This document shows positions 1 to 10,197 of a stretch of DNA of 64,000 nt, in pieces; the stretch's first letter is position 1, and every line of letters starts with the position of its first letter. The stretch covers positions 2,656,001 to 2,720,000 of the forward strand of contig CAVYTA010000006.1 in assembly GCA_963771355.1 (NCBI GenBank), written 5' to 3'. The position numbers and the translations under genes were made by a program. Source of the stretch: an uncultured Candidatus Rokubacteria bacterium (GTDB lineage Bacteria; Methylomirabilota; Methylomirabilia; Rokubacteriales; CSP1-6). The notes under the pieces were generated by a model that searched no databases, was not told the DNA's origin, and was given only the letters and a program-made list of their open reading frames with translations.

Positions 1-66
1 CGCGCGGCCGGCGGCCCCCTCGGCGACCCAGTTCAGGCAGGAAGCGGAGGACGCGTCGGGGAGAGG

Positions 67-390
67 CTAGCCGGTGCCCGGCAGGTCCCGGCCGGTATCC
101 GACTCGAAGACGATCTCGTCGTTCTCGTCGACGGTGAAGGCCTCATGGAGCACGAAGAGCACCTCGTGCTGGACCAGGAAGCGGGTGAGCTTGGCCACCG
201 CCACCGGATGGGCGTCGAGGTGGAAGGACAGCGCCAGATCGCCGATCTCATCCACCGCGAAGATGGCCCAGTCACCCACGATGAGGGCTTCCATCTCCTC
301 CTCGTAGGTGACCCCGCCTTCGAACTCGGGCGAGCCCTCCGCCAGCTCTCGCAGCTCGGCGAGCTTGGCCCGACGCTTCTCTTCGTCCAT
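67..390 (-). CDS. hypothetical acidic protein (107 aa)
   Basis: Protein-like ORF; start overlaps the stop of the upstream aminotransferase (TGATG). Confidence 0.7.
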   Translation of the reverse strand: MDEEKRRAKLAELRELAEGSPEFEGGVTYEEEMEALIVGDWAIFAVDEIGDLALSFHLDAHPVAVAKLTRFLVQHEVLFVLHEAFTVDENDEIVFESDTGRDLPGTG

Positions 391-1733
391 CAGAAGCCCT
401 TGAAGACCCCGTCGGCGGCCATGTCCCGGAACGCCTGCTCGTAGGCCCGGATGGAGCGGGCGAGATCGTCGTCGGTGTGGACGGCGGAGATCCAGCCGTG
501 GTGGCTGGCGCAGTCCACGCCATTGTTGAAGAGCGCGCAGCGGAGCATCTGGTAGAGGTCGTGGCGGCGAGGGCGGTCGAATCCCGCCAGACCCGGCTTG
601 CCCTCGAAGGACACGTGGAAGATCGACGCCTCGCCGAAGCAGAGTCCGGGCACGCCCACCCGCTTCATGGCGTCCGAGAGCCCCGCGCGCAACTCGTCGC
701 CCGCCTTGTTGGCGCGGGCGTGAAGGCTACCGTCGGCGACCATCTCCAGCGTGGTGATGGCGGCGGCCGCGGAGACGGGGTTGGAGTTGTACGTCCCATT
801 CTGCGCGACCCGCTGGCTCCGATCGAACGTGGGATCGCCACGGTGGGCCATCATGCTCATGAGCACCTTCTTCCCGACCACGGCCCCGCCCGGAAGCCCG
901 CCCGCCACGATCTTGGCCAAGGTGGTCATGTCCGGGGTGACGCCGAAATAGGCCTGAGCGCCGCCGGGAGAGTAGCGGAAGCCCGTGATCACCTCGTCGA
1001 AGATGAGGACCACGCCATGCCGCTCGGTGACCGCGCGCAATTCCTGGAGGTAGCCGGGGATGGTGGGCGTGGTGCCGGACTGCCCGCCCGCGGGCTCGAG
1101 GATGACGGCCGCCACGTCCCCCCGCTGGAGGAGCGTGTCCACCGCCTTGATGTCGTTGGGCGGGCACAGGAGCAGCTGGTCCAGGGTAGCGGCCGGGACG
1201 CCCGCCGACATGGGCACGTCGTAGGGCGGGTTCACCGCCGCCACCACGCCGTCGTGCCAGCCGTGGAAGTGGCCGTGGAACTTCAGCACCCGCGTGCGTC
1301 CGGTGTAGGCGCGCGCGATCCGCATCGCGAGATGGGTGGCCTCGGTGCCGGACATGGTGAAGCGCACCATCTCCGCCGACGGGATGAGCTTGCAGACCAG
1401 CTCGGCCCACCGGACTTCCAGCTCGTGCGAGGCGCCGAGATGGGTGCCGCGCGCCGCTTGCTCCTGCATGGCCTTCACCACCGCGGGATGGCAGTGGCCG
1501 AGGAAGAGCGCCCCGTGGCCCATCCAGTAGTCGATGAGCTCGTGGCCGTCCACGTCCCACTTGCGCGGCCCCTGCGCGCGGTCCACGTAGATCGGGAAGG
1601 GCTTGAGGTGGCGGCCGTCGTGGGTGATTCCGCCGGGGATGACCGCACGGGCCCGCTCGTAGAGGGCCGCCGACTTCGGATGCCGCGCGCGGTACGTCTG
1701 GATCACCTTGGAGTCCATGCTCGCCTCGCTCAT
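390..1733 (-). CDS. class III PLP aminotransferase, glutamate-1-semialdehyde aminomutase-like
   Basis: Motifs WDVDG..IDY, SGTEA, FHG.FHG, LIFDEVITGFR, PDMTTLAK (PLP Lys). Confidence 0.9.
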   Translation of the reverse strand: MSEASMDSKVIQTYRARHPKSAALYERARAVIPGGITHDGRHLKPFPIYVDRAQGPRKWDVDGHELIDYWMGHGALFLGHCHPAVVKAMQEQAARGTHLGASHELEVRWAELVCKLIPSAEMVRFTMSGTEATHLAMRIARAYTGRTRVLKFHGHFHGWHDGVVAAVNPPYDVPMSAGVPAATLDQLLLCPPNDIKAVDTLLQRGDVAAVILEPAGGQSGTTPTIPGYLQELRAVTERHGVVLIFDEVITGFRYSPGGAQAYFGVTPDMTTLAKIVAGGLPGGAVVGKKVLMSMMAHRGDPTFDRSQRVAQNGTYNSNPVSAAAAITTLEMVADGSLHARANKAGDELRAGLSDAMKRVGVPGLCFGEASIFHVSFEGKPGLAGFDRPRRHDLYQMLRCALFNNGVDCASHHGWISAVHTDDDLARSIRAYEQAFRDMAADGVFKGF

Positions 1734-2668
1734 CTCGCCCTGCCTCCCATTCGGCTCTTTGATCTGCCCGTTCGGCTCTTCGATCCGGTCGGTGCGCTGC
1801 GCGCAGCGGGTCCACCGGCCGTGGCGGCCACCCGCAGCAGCTCCAGAATGCCTGTATGCGCTCCGGAGGGCAAGCAGTCCACGGTGGGCTCCGCCCGCCG
1901 CGTGACGCCGTCCACCGCGCCCGCCTGCACGCAGGCCACCACCATGGCCTGCTCCTCGTCGCTGGTGTGGAGGAGATCGCGCCCGGCCAGCCGCGAGAGC
2001 TCGGCCACGATCCCGTAGGCGCCCCAGTTCGACGTGCCCGCGACCACCAGGTGGTCCACCGTGACCACGGAGGCGAAGCGCCGGGCCTTCGCACTCACGC
2101 GGGCCACCCGCGCGCGGACATTGCCCATGCCGATCTCGTTGCCGCCGTCGCCCACGCCGATGGTGACCGGCCGCCGGACGCCGCGAGGGACGCGGGTGAG
2201 GAAGAGGGCATCCAGCGGCCCGTTCCAGTCGCGCACGGACTCCGCGCGCATGCTGAGGTAGTCGCCGGAGGCGGTGCGACCAGGGCGCTCCACCGCCACC
2301 ACGAAGGCCGGCGCGTACTCGGCAAGGACGCGCCGCGCGGTCACGTCGGCTTCGGTCGCGGACGCGTGAAAGGTCACGATGTCCGCGGGCTCGCCGAGCA
2401 CCTTGAGCGCGGCCTCCAGTGGCGGCACCGTGACGGCATCGGTGACGTAGACAACCTCCGAGCCCAGCCGGCGGAGCGCGCGGCCGAGAACGGCGGCGCC
2501 GGGTGGCCCGTCGGTCTCGGGCAGGCCCGGACCCAGCGCGAAGCCGGTGGTGATCAGCGTGCGGCCGCCGCGGTGCAGCGCGCGCGCCGCCGACGCCGCC
2601 CCGCCCGCGACAAAGAAGCGCCCGATGCCGCGGGCGCCCGGGTCCAGCGCGAGGAGGTGGTCGATCAC
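1730..2668 (-). CDS. DUF4392 / D-glutamate cyclase domain protein
   Basis: Motifs TTGF, ETDGPPGA, AVERPG, GVGDGGNEIGMG, SNWGAY. Confidence 0.85.
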   Translation of the reverse strand: MIDHLLALDPGARGIGRFFVAGGAASAARALHRGGRTLITTGFALGPGLPETDGPPGAAVLGRALRRLGSEVVYVTDAVTVPPLEAALKVLGEPADIVTFHASATEADVTARRVLAEYAPAFVVAVERPGRTASGDYLSMRAESVRDWNGPLDALFLTRVPRGVRRPVTIGVGDGGNEIGMGNVRARVARVSAKARRFASVVTVDHLVVAGTSNWGAYGIVAELSRLAGRDLLHTSDEEQAMVVACVQAGAVDGVTRRAEPTVDCLPSGAHTGILELLRVAATAGGPAARSAPTGSKSRTGRSKSRMGGRAR

Positions 2669-3276
2669 CGGGGGGCCGGGGCGGGGCGGGGCGCGGGCGT
2701 CGGGCGCGACGAGGGTGGCAGCGGCGCGGGCGCCTGCCCCGGCGTGCCGGCCGCGGGCGGCTCCTCGCGCGCTTCGGGGGGCGACGGCGTGATGTTCGGC
2801 TGCATCACGGTGAAGAAGAGGCTGGTCGCTTCCACGCCCTCCTGGTCGAAGGTGACCACCAGGCCCGAGCGGTAGAAGAAGACGTCGCGGTCGTTCTGAA
2901 TGGTCGCGCGATCAGGCTCGCCCCAGCCGGTCACCACGGTGTCCTTGGTGAAGAGACGGGGGCGCGGATCGAGACGGAGCACGCGCACCGTGGTCGCGCT
3001 GTAGCCGTTAGGCAGGAGGATTCCGAACTCGACCATCATGCGATGGAAGCCGGGCGGCGCCTGCGGACCCTCGTATTCCCACTCGAAGGTGTCGTAGCCG
3101 TCGACCTTCCGCTTGACCTCCTTGGTGGGCGTGCCGTAGCGCTGGCGGACCGTGTCCGCGGAGGTGACGGCGGGCACGATGCCGCCCCAGTCCGCGGCGA
3201 GCGCGGCCGGGGGCGTCAGCGAGGGGGACGCGGCGAGGAGGGTCAGGCCGAGGGCGAGCGCGGCGAGGGAGCGCAT
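2665..3276 (-). CDS. exported hypothetical protein with Pro-rich tail
   Basis: Internal ATG (MRSLAALALG...ALAA, signal-peptide-like) overlapping the ggt stop. Confidence 0.7.
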   Translation of the reverse strand: MRSLAALALGLTLLAASPSLTPPAALAADWGGIVPAVTSADTVRQRYGTPTKEVKRKVDGYDTFEWEYEGPQAPPGFHRMMVEFGILLPNGYSATTVRVLRLDPRPRLFTKDTVVTGWGEPDRATIQNDRDVFFYRSGLVVTFDQEGVEATSLFFTVMQPNITPSPPEAREEPPAAGTPGQAPAPLPPSSRPTPAPRPAPAPR

Positions 3277-4871
3277 CAGAAGCCGAGCGCGGCCCCGTCG
3301 GCGCGCGCGTCGGCGCCCCCGCGGAGCGTGCCGCCATCCAGCGTGATGCCGTGCCCATGGCCCATCTGCGTGAACCAGTCCGAGACCACGCGGATATTGT
3401 GGCCCCGCTGCCGGAGCTCCTCCACCACCTCGGCCGGGACGCGCCCTTCGAGGCGGAAGAGATCGGCGGCATCGGCGGGCAGGAGCCGGCCGTACATGAA
3501 CCGGGGCCGCTCGATGGCCTCCTGGATCTCCATGCCGTAGTCCAGGAGGTTCGTGAGCACCTGCACGTGGAACATGGCCTGCCCGTCCCCGCCCATAGTG
3601 GCGTAGCCCAGCACGGGGGCGCCGTCTCGCGTCACCAGATTGGCGAGGAGAGTGTGGAAGGGCCGCTTGCGCGGCGCGAAGACGTTCGGATGGGCGGGAT
3701 CGGTATTGAAGTAGGTGCCGCGATTGTTGAGCACCACGCCGGTGCCGGGCGGGACCACGCCGGCGCCGAAGCCCTTGTAGAGGCTCTGGATCACGCTCAG
3801 CACGTTCCCCTGCCCGTCCGCCACCACGAAGCCGGTGGTGTCGCCGTCCGGATCGCCCCAGGCATGCGCCTGCGCCTTGCGCGGGTCGAAGGCCGTGCGT
3901 CGCGCCTCCGCATACTCCTTGGACAGGAGGCGCTCCACCGGCACCCGGGCATGCGCGGGATCGGCGATCCAGCGATCGCGATCGGCATAGGCGAGCTTGG
4001 TCGTCTCGAGCAGCAGGTGGAGATGGTCGGCCGAGTGCACGGAGAGCGACGCGACGTCGAAGCCCTCGAGGAGATTCAAGGTGAGGAGGGCGGCCAGGCC
4101 CTGGGTGGGCGGCGGCGTCTCGTAGATGGTGTAGCCGCGGTACGTGGTGGAGATCGGCTCCACCCACTCCCCCGCGTGCTCGGCGAGATCGCTCGCGGTG
4201 AGGTAGCCATGCTGCTCGAGCCGGCCCGCGATGGCCTGACCCACCCGGCCGCGGTAGAAGAGGCGGGGATCGTCCGCGAGCTCGGTGAGGGTGCGCGCGA
4301 GATCAGGCTGGCGGAAGAGGTCGCCGGGCTGGGGGAACGCGCCGCCGGGGATGAAGAGGCGCCGCCACTCCGGATCGTCGAAGAGCTCGGCGCGATCGCG
4401 GACGGCCTGGGCGACGATGTCGGTGAGGGGAAAGCCCTCCGCCGCGTAGTGGATGGCGGGCTCGAGCAGGCGCCCGAGGGGCCGGGTGCCGAATCGCTCC
4501 AGCAGCACGTGCCAGGCCTCGGTCACCCCGGGCACGGACACCGAGCCGGGGCCGACCGCGGGCACGGCGGACAGCCCGCGCCGCCCGAGCTCCTCGAGGC
4601 CGGCGCGCGAGCCCGAGCGCCCCGCCCCGTTGTAGCAGTGCACGCGCCCCGTGGCCGCCTCGTGGTACAGGCAGAAGAAATCGCCGCCCACGCCGCAGAA
4701 GTTCGGCTGGGTGACGGCGAGCACCGCGTTGGTGGCGATGGCGGCGTCGACGACATTGCCACCGCCCTTGAGCACCTCCACGCCGGCCAGGGTGGCGAGG
4801 GGATGGCAGGCGGCCACCATGCCTCGCCGTGCCATCGGCGCCTGGCGATGCGCGTATCCGATCTGGATCAT
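3276..4871 (-). CDS. ggt: gamma-glutamyltransferase
   Basis: Motifs GGNVVDAAIA, GVGGD.F, DTTGFVVAD (nucleophile Thr), KRPFHTL, MGG..Q, GGADARADG. Confidence 0.92.
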   Translation of the reverse strand: MIQIGYAHRQAPMARRGMVAACHPLATLAGVEVLKGGGNVVDAAIATNAVLAVTQPNFCGVGGDFFCLYHEAATGRVHCYNGAGRSGSRAGLEELGRRGLSAVPAVGPGSVSVPGVTEAWHVLLERFGTRPLGRLLEPAIHYAAEGFPLTDIVAQAVRDRAELFDDPEWRRLFIPGGAFPQPGDLFRQPDLARTLTELADDPRLFYRGRVGQAIAGRLEQHGYLTASDLAEHAGEWVEPISTTYRGYTIYETPPPTQGLAALLTLNLLEGFDVASLSVHSADHLHLLLETTKLAYADRDRWIADPAHARVPVERLLSKEYAEARRTAFDPRKAQAHAWGDPDGDTTGFVVADGQGNVLSVIQSLYKGFGAGVVPPGTGVVLNNRGTYFNTDPAHPNVFAPRKRPFHTLLANLVTRDGAPVLGYATMGGDGQAMFHVQVLTNLLDYGMEIQEAIERPRFMYGRLLPADAADLFRLEGRVPAEVVEELRQRGHNIRVVSDWFTQMGHGHGITLDGGTLRGGADARADGAALGF

Positions 4872-4872
4872 G

Positions 4873-5907
4873 TCAGCTCCCGGCGAAGAGTTTGGTGATC
4901 TCGTCCTGGGGAAACGTGGGCAGCGGCCGCGCCCGCCCGCCCTCGACGAGGGTTGCGCCCTGGCTGCGCTCCGTCACCGCGCCGATCGCGGCGCACATGA
5001 TGCCCGAGCCCCGGCACGCGGCCTCCACGGCCGCCGCGTCCCCCGGCGCCACCGCCAGCAGCAGCGCGCCGGAGGCGATGGTGCCCAGCGGGTCGAGGCC
5101 GAACGCCTCGCAGAGCCGCGCGCCGTCCGGCAGGATCGGGATCTGCTCGCGCTCCAGCCGCACGCCCACCTCCGCCGCCTCCGCCAGCTCCCAGCAGGCG
5201 GTGGCCAGCCCGCCCTCCGTCGGGTCGTGCATGGCGTGCACGCGCGCGGCGGCGGTGGCGAGCCCCGCCTCCGGCACCACGCTCAGCCCCGGCCGCCGCA
5301 GCAGCTCGCGCGCGCGGGTGACCACGTCAACGGGAACGCCTCGCCGCATCGCCTCCTCACCGTGCTCGCGCGCGATGATGGCGGCGCCCTCGAGCGGCAC
5401 GCCCTTGGTGAGGAGCAGCGTGTCGCCCGGCCGCGCGCCGCCCGTCGTCACCAGCGCGTCCTTCGCCACCTCGCCGAGCATGGTGCCGGCCACGATGGGA
5501 CGCGCGAGGCCCGCCGTCACCTCGGTGTGGCCCCCGATGAGCGTCACCCCGAGCGCCGCGCACGCCTCCGCCACCTCCGCGAACAGGGACTCGACCTGCG
5601 CCTCCGTCGTCTGCCCTTCAGGGAGAAGGAGAGTGGCCAGGAACCACGCCGGGCGCGCGCCCCGTACCGCCACATCGTTGGCGTTGACGTGCAGCGCGTA
5701 CCATCCCGCCGCGTCCGCGGCGAACGTGACGGGATCGGTGGTGACGACGAGATAGCGGTCACCGAAGTCGAGCACCGCCGCGTCCTCGCCCACGCGCGGG
5801 CCCACGATCACGCGCGCCGCCGCGGGCCCCTCGCCGGGCCGCGCATACTTCCCGAAGAGCCGCTGGAGCACGTCGCCCGAGAGTTTGCCGACGGGGAGCG
5901 GCGACAT
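4873..5907 (-). CDS. AIR synthase/HypE-like family protein
   Basis: Motifs GEDAAV, TTDP, NANDVA, GGHTEV, MHDPTEGG; start taken as MSPLPVGKL. Confidence 0.85.
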   Translation of the reverse strand: MSPLPVGKLSGDVLQRLFGKYARPGEGPAAARVIVGPRVGEDAAVLDFGDRYLVVTTDPVTFAADAAGWYALHVNANDVAVRGARPAWFLATLLLPEGQTTEAQVESLFAEVAEACAALGVTLIGGHTEVTAGLARPIVAGTMLGEVAKDALVTTGGARPGDTLLLTKGVPLEGAAIIAREHGEEAMRRGVPVDVVTRARELLRRPGLSVVPEAGLATAAARVHAMHDPTEGGLATACWELAEAAEVGVRLEREQIPILPDGARLCEAFGLDPLGTIASGALLLAVAPGDAAAVEAACRGSGIMCAAIGAVTERSQGATLVEGGRARPLPTFPQDEITKLFAGS

Positions 5908-5960
5908 GATCTTCGTAGTATAGCAGGGTACCCCCGGGGTCCTCACCGCGGCCGCCCCCG

Positions 5961-6620
5961 CTAGCGCGGGATCAGGAGGGGCAGCAGCTCGGTGAGCGTC
6001 CGGAGGCGGTAGTCGGCTTCCGTGAAATCGTGGCCGAGCGTGGCCGAGCAGGGCACCACCGCGCAGCGCATACCCGCGGCCCGGGCCGCGAGCAGCCCGT
6101 TGCGCGAGTCCTCCACCACGAGGCAGTCCCGCGGGGCCAGCGCCAGGCGCCGCGCCGCCTCCAGGAAGACGTCGGGGGCGGGCTTGCCCCGCGGCACCTC
6201 CTCTCCGGAGACACGGAGCTCGAAACAGTCCGCGAGCCCGAGGGTCTCCACGGTGGCGGCAATGATCGGGATCTCGGCCGAGGAGGCCAGCGCGAGGCGA
6301 TAGCCGGCGGCCCGCACGCGCTCCAGCACCTCGGGCACGCCGGGCAAGGGCCGGGCGCCCTCGCGGATGAGGCGGATCTTGGCGTCGCAGAACTGGCGCA
6401 CGAGCTCGCCGATCTCGGGCCGGAGGCTGCGCCGGGCACGGAGGACGCGGAAGCTCTCCGCGGTGGTTCGGCCCACGAACTCGTCGTTCTCGATCTCGTC
6501 ATAGGGCGCGCCTTGGCCCCGCATGACCAGGCGCATGGCCTCGTAGCCGATGGGCTCGGAGTCGAGGAGCACGCCGTCCATGTCGAACACCACGGCCAGG
6601 GGACGCGGGGCGCCGATCAC
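5961..6620 (-). CDS. HAD family phosphatase
   Basis: Motifs FDMDGVLLDSE, GKPAPDVF, VEDS.NG. Confidence 0.9.
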   Translation of the reverse strand: MIGAPRPLAVVFDMDGVLLDSEPIGYEAMRLVMRGQGAPYDEIENDEFVGRTTAESFRVLRARRSLRPEIGELVRQFCDAKIRLIREGARPLPGVPEVLERVRAAGYRLALASSAEIPIIAATVETLGLADCFELRVSGEEVPRGKPAPDVFLEAARRLALAPRDCLVVEDSRNGLLAARAAGMRCAVVPCSATLGHDFTEADYRLRTLTELLPLLIPR

Positions 6621-7504
6621 GCGATCGAGAGCAGCTTCAGGAGATCGGCGGTGAGATCGTAGAGCTGGGCGCAGCCGGCCTCGCCGCCGAGGAGAGTCTG
6701 GGCTCGCTTCCGCAAGCCCGCGTCCACCCCCTGCCCGACCATCGCCTCGATCCGCGCTTGCGGCTCGTCGCAGATGCCGCGATAGGGGAGGCGCGACGTC
6801 ACCGAATGGGCGCTCGCGATGACTCCTCGCTCGAGGTCGATCTCGAAGTGCACGTCGAAGCCGTGGACGTTGTCGTGCATGGCATGAAAGCAGTCGAGGC
6901 GCGACCCGGTGCGCACGAGGCGAAGGAGCCGCCGCCGGTGGAACACCTTGCGGGCGTCGGCGGGCGGGCTGTAGAGATCGAGCGTCGCCGCCGCGGTGAC
7001 CGGTCGCGACGCCAGGAGCGCGCGCCCGCTCTCGCCATAGGTGAAGCAGGAGCCGGGCAGGTCTGCCCAGCTCGCGACGTCGAGATCCCAGAAGGCGCGC
7101 GCGTCGGCCGCGCGCAGCGACTCCACGCGCGCGCGCGGCAGGCGGCTCACCTGGCGGGCGAGCCGCGCTACCTCGATGCCGGCGTCCACGAAGTGCCCGG
7201 CGCCCGGGCGTGGCCCGGTCAGGTCGAGAAGCCGGCGCGTGAAGCCGCCCACCATGCGGGTCCCCGCGAGCATGGGGAGCGCGGCGGGCAAGGCGGCGTC
7301 GGCGGCACCGGACAGGACGGCGCCGCGGGCCTCGCGGATCTCGTAGCCCGGCGACGGCGTGCAGACCGCGGTCAACTCCACCGCGGCGTCCTCGTCCTGC
7401 ACCCGAACCGTGTGGGTGAGCGCGTCGGACGGGACGGCATCGGTCCAGCCCTCGGTGTGCCGCTCGTAGCGGTCGCGGCCCTCGAGAAACGGAGAGCCGA
7501 TCAC
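6617..7504 (-). CDS. DUF2889-like protein (apparently two repeats)
   Basis: C-terminal MHDNVH...LPY.GIC...LGGEAGCAQLYDL pattern; GTG start overlaps the YHS gene stop. Confidence 0.6.
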   Translation of the reverse strand: MIGSPFLEGRDRYERHTEGWTDAVPSDALTHTVRVQDEDAAVELTAVCTPSPGYEIREARGAVLSGAADAALPAALPMLAGTRMVGGFTRRLLDLTGPRPGAGHFVDAGIEVARLARQVSRLPRARVESLRAADARAFWDLDVASWADLPGSCFTYGESGRALLASRPVTAAATLDLYSPPADARKVFHRRRLLRLVRTGSRLDCFHAMHDNVHGFDVHFEIDLERGVIASAHSVTSRLPYRGICDEPQARIEAMVGQGVDAGLRKRAQTLLGGEAGCAQLYDLTADLLKLLSIA

Positions 7505-7647
7505 TTTCCGAGGTACTTGGCCGGGTTCTGGTCGAACTTCACCTTGCACGCCACCGCGCAGAAATAGACGGTCTGGCCCTGATACGTGCTCTGGGCCGCC
7601 GCCTTCTTCGGGTCGACTTCCATGTTGCAGACGGGATCCTTGGCCAT
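7501..7647 (-). CDS. YHS/TRASH domain metal-binding protein (48 aa)
   Basis: Translated by hand (absent from ORF track): MAKDPVCNMEVDPKKAAAQSTYQGQTVYFCAVACKVKFDQNPAKYLGK; SD GGAGGAGG; directly after copA. Confidence 0.9.
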   Translation of the reverse strand: MAKDPVCNMEVDPKKAAAQSTYQGQTVYFCAVACKVKFDQNPAKYLGK

Positions 7648-7659
7648 GCCGTCCTCCTC

Positions 7660-9903
7660 CTAGGCGCGGAAGCGCCTGAGCCGCAAGCTATTGAGCACCA
7701 CCGAGACCGATGACAGCGCCATCGCCGCCCCCGCGAGAAGGGGCGACAGCAGGATGCCCGCCACCGGATAGAGCACGCCCGCCGCCACCGGGATCAGGAC
7801 GAGATTGTAGCCGAAGGCCCAGGCCAGATTCTGGCGGATGACGCGGATGGTCCGGCGCGAGAGGTCGATCGCGGTGACCACGCCGCGCAGGTCGCCGCGC
7901 ATGAGCGTCACGTCCGCCGCCTCGATGGCGACATCGGTGCCCGAGCCCATGGCAATGCCGACGTCGGCCTGGGCCAGCGCGGGAGCGTCATTGATGCCGT
8001 CGCCCACCATCGCGACCACCCGGCCGCCCTGCTGCAGCCGCTTGATCTCGGCGGCCTTGTCCGCGGGCAGCACCTCCGCGAGCACACGGGTGATCCCGGC
8101 CTCGCGCGCCACCGCTTCCGCGACCACCCGGCTGTCGCCGGTCAGCATCACCACCTCGAGGCCGCGCGCGACCAGCGCGGCCACCGCCTCGCGCGCGGTG
8201 GGCTTCAGCGTGTCCGCCACCGCGATGAGACCGAGCACCTCGCCGCCGAAGGCGACGAACACGCTGCTCTTGCCTGCCGCGGCCAGGGCCTCCGCGCGCT
8301 CCGTGAGCGGCCCCAGCTCGATCCCGCGCGACTCCATGAGCCGGCGATTCCCGAGCAGGATGCGGCCGTCCGGCGCCAGGGCGTCCACCCCCTGGCCGGG
8401 GATGGCCTGGAAGGACGAGACCGGCGGCAGCGCGAGGCCTTGCGCCTTGGCCGCGGCGACGATGGCCTCGCCGAGCGCATGCTCGGACCCTTGCTCCGCG
8501 GCGGCCGCGAGCGCGAGGAGCTCGTCGGCGGCGCCGGGCGCTTCCGAGAGCGGCACCGCGTCGGTGACCACCGGGCGGCCCTCCGTGAGGGTGCCGGTCT
8601 TGTCGAGCACCACCACTTCCGCGCGATGGAGCACCTCCAGGGCCTCGGCGCTGCGGATCAGCACCCCGAGCTCGGCCCCCCGTCCGGTCGCGACCATGAT
8701 GGCGGTGGGCGTCGCCAGACCCATCGCGCAGGGGCAGGCGATCACGAGCACGCCCACCGCGTTGGCGAGCGCATGGAAGACGGCGGGCTCGGGCCCGAAC
8801 AGCCACCACGCCACGAAGGTGAGCGCGGCGATGCCGAGCACGATCGGCACGAACACCGCGGCCACGCGGTCGGCGAGGCGCTGGATGGGCGCCTTGGAGC
8901 CCTGCGCCTCCTCGACGAGCCGGATGATGCGCGCGAGCACGGTGTCCGCGCCCACGCGGGTGGCACGGAAGGAGAAGCTGCCGGTGCGATTCACCGAGCC
9001 GCCCACCACGGACGCTCCCGGCCCCTTCTCCACCGGCAAGCTCTCGCCGGTCAGCATGGACTCGTCCACGCTGGACCCGCCCTCCTCCACGATCCCGTCC
9101 ACCGCCACGCGCTCCCCCGGCCGGACGCGGAGCCGGTCGCCCGCCACCACCGAAGCGATGGGCACGTCCACCTCGCCCCCCGCGCGCAGCACCCGCGCGG
9201 TGCGGGGCTGCAGCGCAAGCAGGCGGCGGATGGCGTCCGATGTACCGCCGCGCGCGCGGGCCTCGAGCCAGCGGCCGAGCACGAGAAAGGTGATCAGGAG
9301 CGCGGAGGCCTCGTAATAAGGCATGGCGCCGGTGGCCATGAAGCGGTGCGGCCACAGGGTGACGGCCAGGCTGAAGAAGTAGGCCGAGCCGGTGCCGATG
9401 GAGACCAGCGTGTTCATGCTCGCCGACCGGTGGCGCAGCTCCTTGACGAAGGCGACGTGGAAGGGCGCGCCCACCCAGAACTGGACCGGCGTGGTCAACG
9501 CGAGCAGGACCCAGGGATTCCTCAGGAACTCGGGAGCCCAGGGAAACACCGTGGGCATGCTGCCGAGCAGCACGGGCACAGAGAGCGCGACGCCGACGAG
9601 CAGGCGCCGGCGGAGCCGACGGTCATCGTGGGCGCGCTCGACCCGCTCGCGATCGGCCGCCTCGGGCGTGGCCGCGGTCTCCTCCGGCACGGTGTAGCCG
9701 GCGGCGGCCACCGCGGTGCGCAGCGCGGGGAGCCTGGCCTGCTCGGGGTCGAGCCAGACGGTGGCGCGCTCGGTGGCGAGGTTCACCGCCGCGCGGTCCA
9801 CGCCCGGCACCCCCTGGAGCGCGCGCTCCACCTTGCCCACGCAGGCCGCGCAGTGCATGCCCTTCACGGGAAAGTCGACGCGGGACTCTTCGACCGTGGC
9901 CAT
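7660..9903 (-). CDS. copA: Cu(I)-translocating P1B-type ATPase
   Basis: Motifs GMHCAAC (HMA), [27 protein letters not shown]. Confidence 0.95.
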   Translation of the reverse strand: MATVEESRVDFPVKGMHCAACVGKVERALQGVPGVDRAAVNLATERATVWLDPEQARLPALRTAVAAAGYTVPEETAATPEAADRERVERAHDDRRLRRRLLVGVALSVPVLLGSMPTVFPWAPEFLRNPWVLLALTTPVQFWVGAPFHVAFVKELRHRSASMNTLVSIGTGSAYFFSLAVTLWPHRFMATGAMPYYEASALLITFLVLGRWLEARARGGTSDAIRRLLALQPRTARVLRAGGEVDVPIASVVAGDRLRVRPGERVAVDGIVEEGGSSVDESMLTGESLPVEKGPGASVVGGSVNRTGSFSFRATRVGADTVLARIIRLVEEAQGSKAPIQRLADRVAAVFVPIVLGIAALTFVAWWLFGPEPAVFHALANAVGVLVIACPCAMGLATPTAIMVATGRGAELGVLIRSAEALEVLHRAEVVVLDKTGTLTEGRPVVTDAVPLSEAPGAADELLALAAAAEQGSEHALGEAIVAAAKAQGLALPPVSSFQAIPGQGVDALAPDGRILLGNRRLMESRGIELGPLTERAEALAAAGKSSVFVAFGGEVLGLIAVADTLKPTAREAVAALVARGLEVVMLTGDSRVVAEAVAREAGITRVLAEVLPADKAAEIKRLQQGGRVVAMVGDGINDAPALAQADVGIAMGSGTDVAIEAADVTLMRGDLRGVVTAIDLSRRTIRVIRQNLAWAFGYNLVLIPVAAGVLYPVAGILLSPLLAGAAMALSSVSVVLNSLRLRRFRA

Positions 9904-9915
9904 GGTGAGCCGAGC

Positions 9916-10197
9916 CTAGCGCCCGCCGAAGCGGGAGAAGACGTCCAGCAGCTCGTCCAGCTTCTTCTGCCGCTCGCGCCCGTTGCCGGAGCGGAGGGCG
10001 TCGGTCACGCAGGAGCTGATGTGGCGAGCGAGGAGGAGCTTCTGGACCTGCTCCACCGCGCCCTGCACGGCGGTGAGCTGGAGGAGGATGTCCACACAGT
10101 ACTTGTCCTCCTCGACCATGCGCTGGATACCCTGGACCTGGCCCTCGATACGCCGGAGGCGACCCAGCGCCTTGCCGCGAGTCTCGTCGTCGATCAT
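9916..10197 (-). CDS. csoR: CsoR family copper-sensing repressor
   Basis: MIDDETRGKALGRLRRIEGQV.GI..M...YC.DIL...H...C. Confidence 0.9.
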   Translation of the reverse strand: MIDDETRGKALGRLRRIEGQVQGIQRMVEEDKYCVDILLQLTAVQGAVEQVQKLLLARHISSCVTDALRSGNGRERQKKLDELLDVFSRFGGR

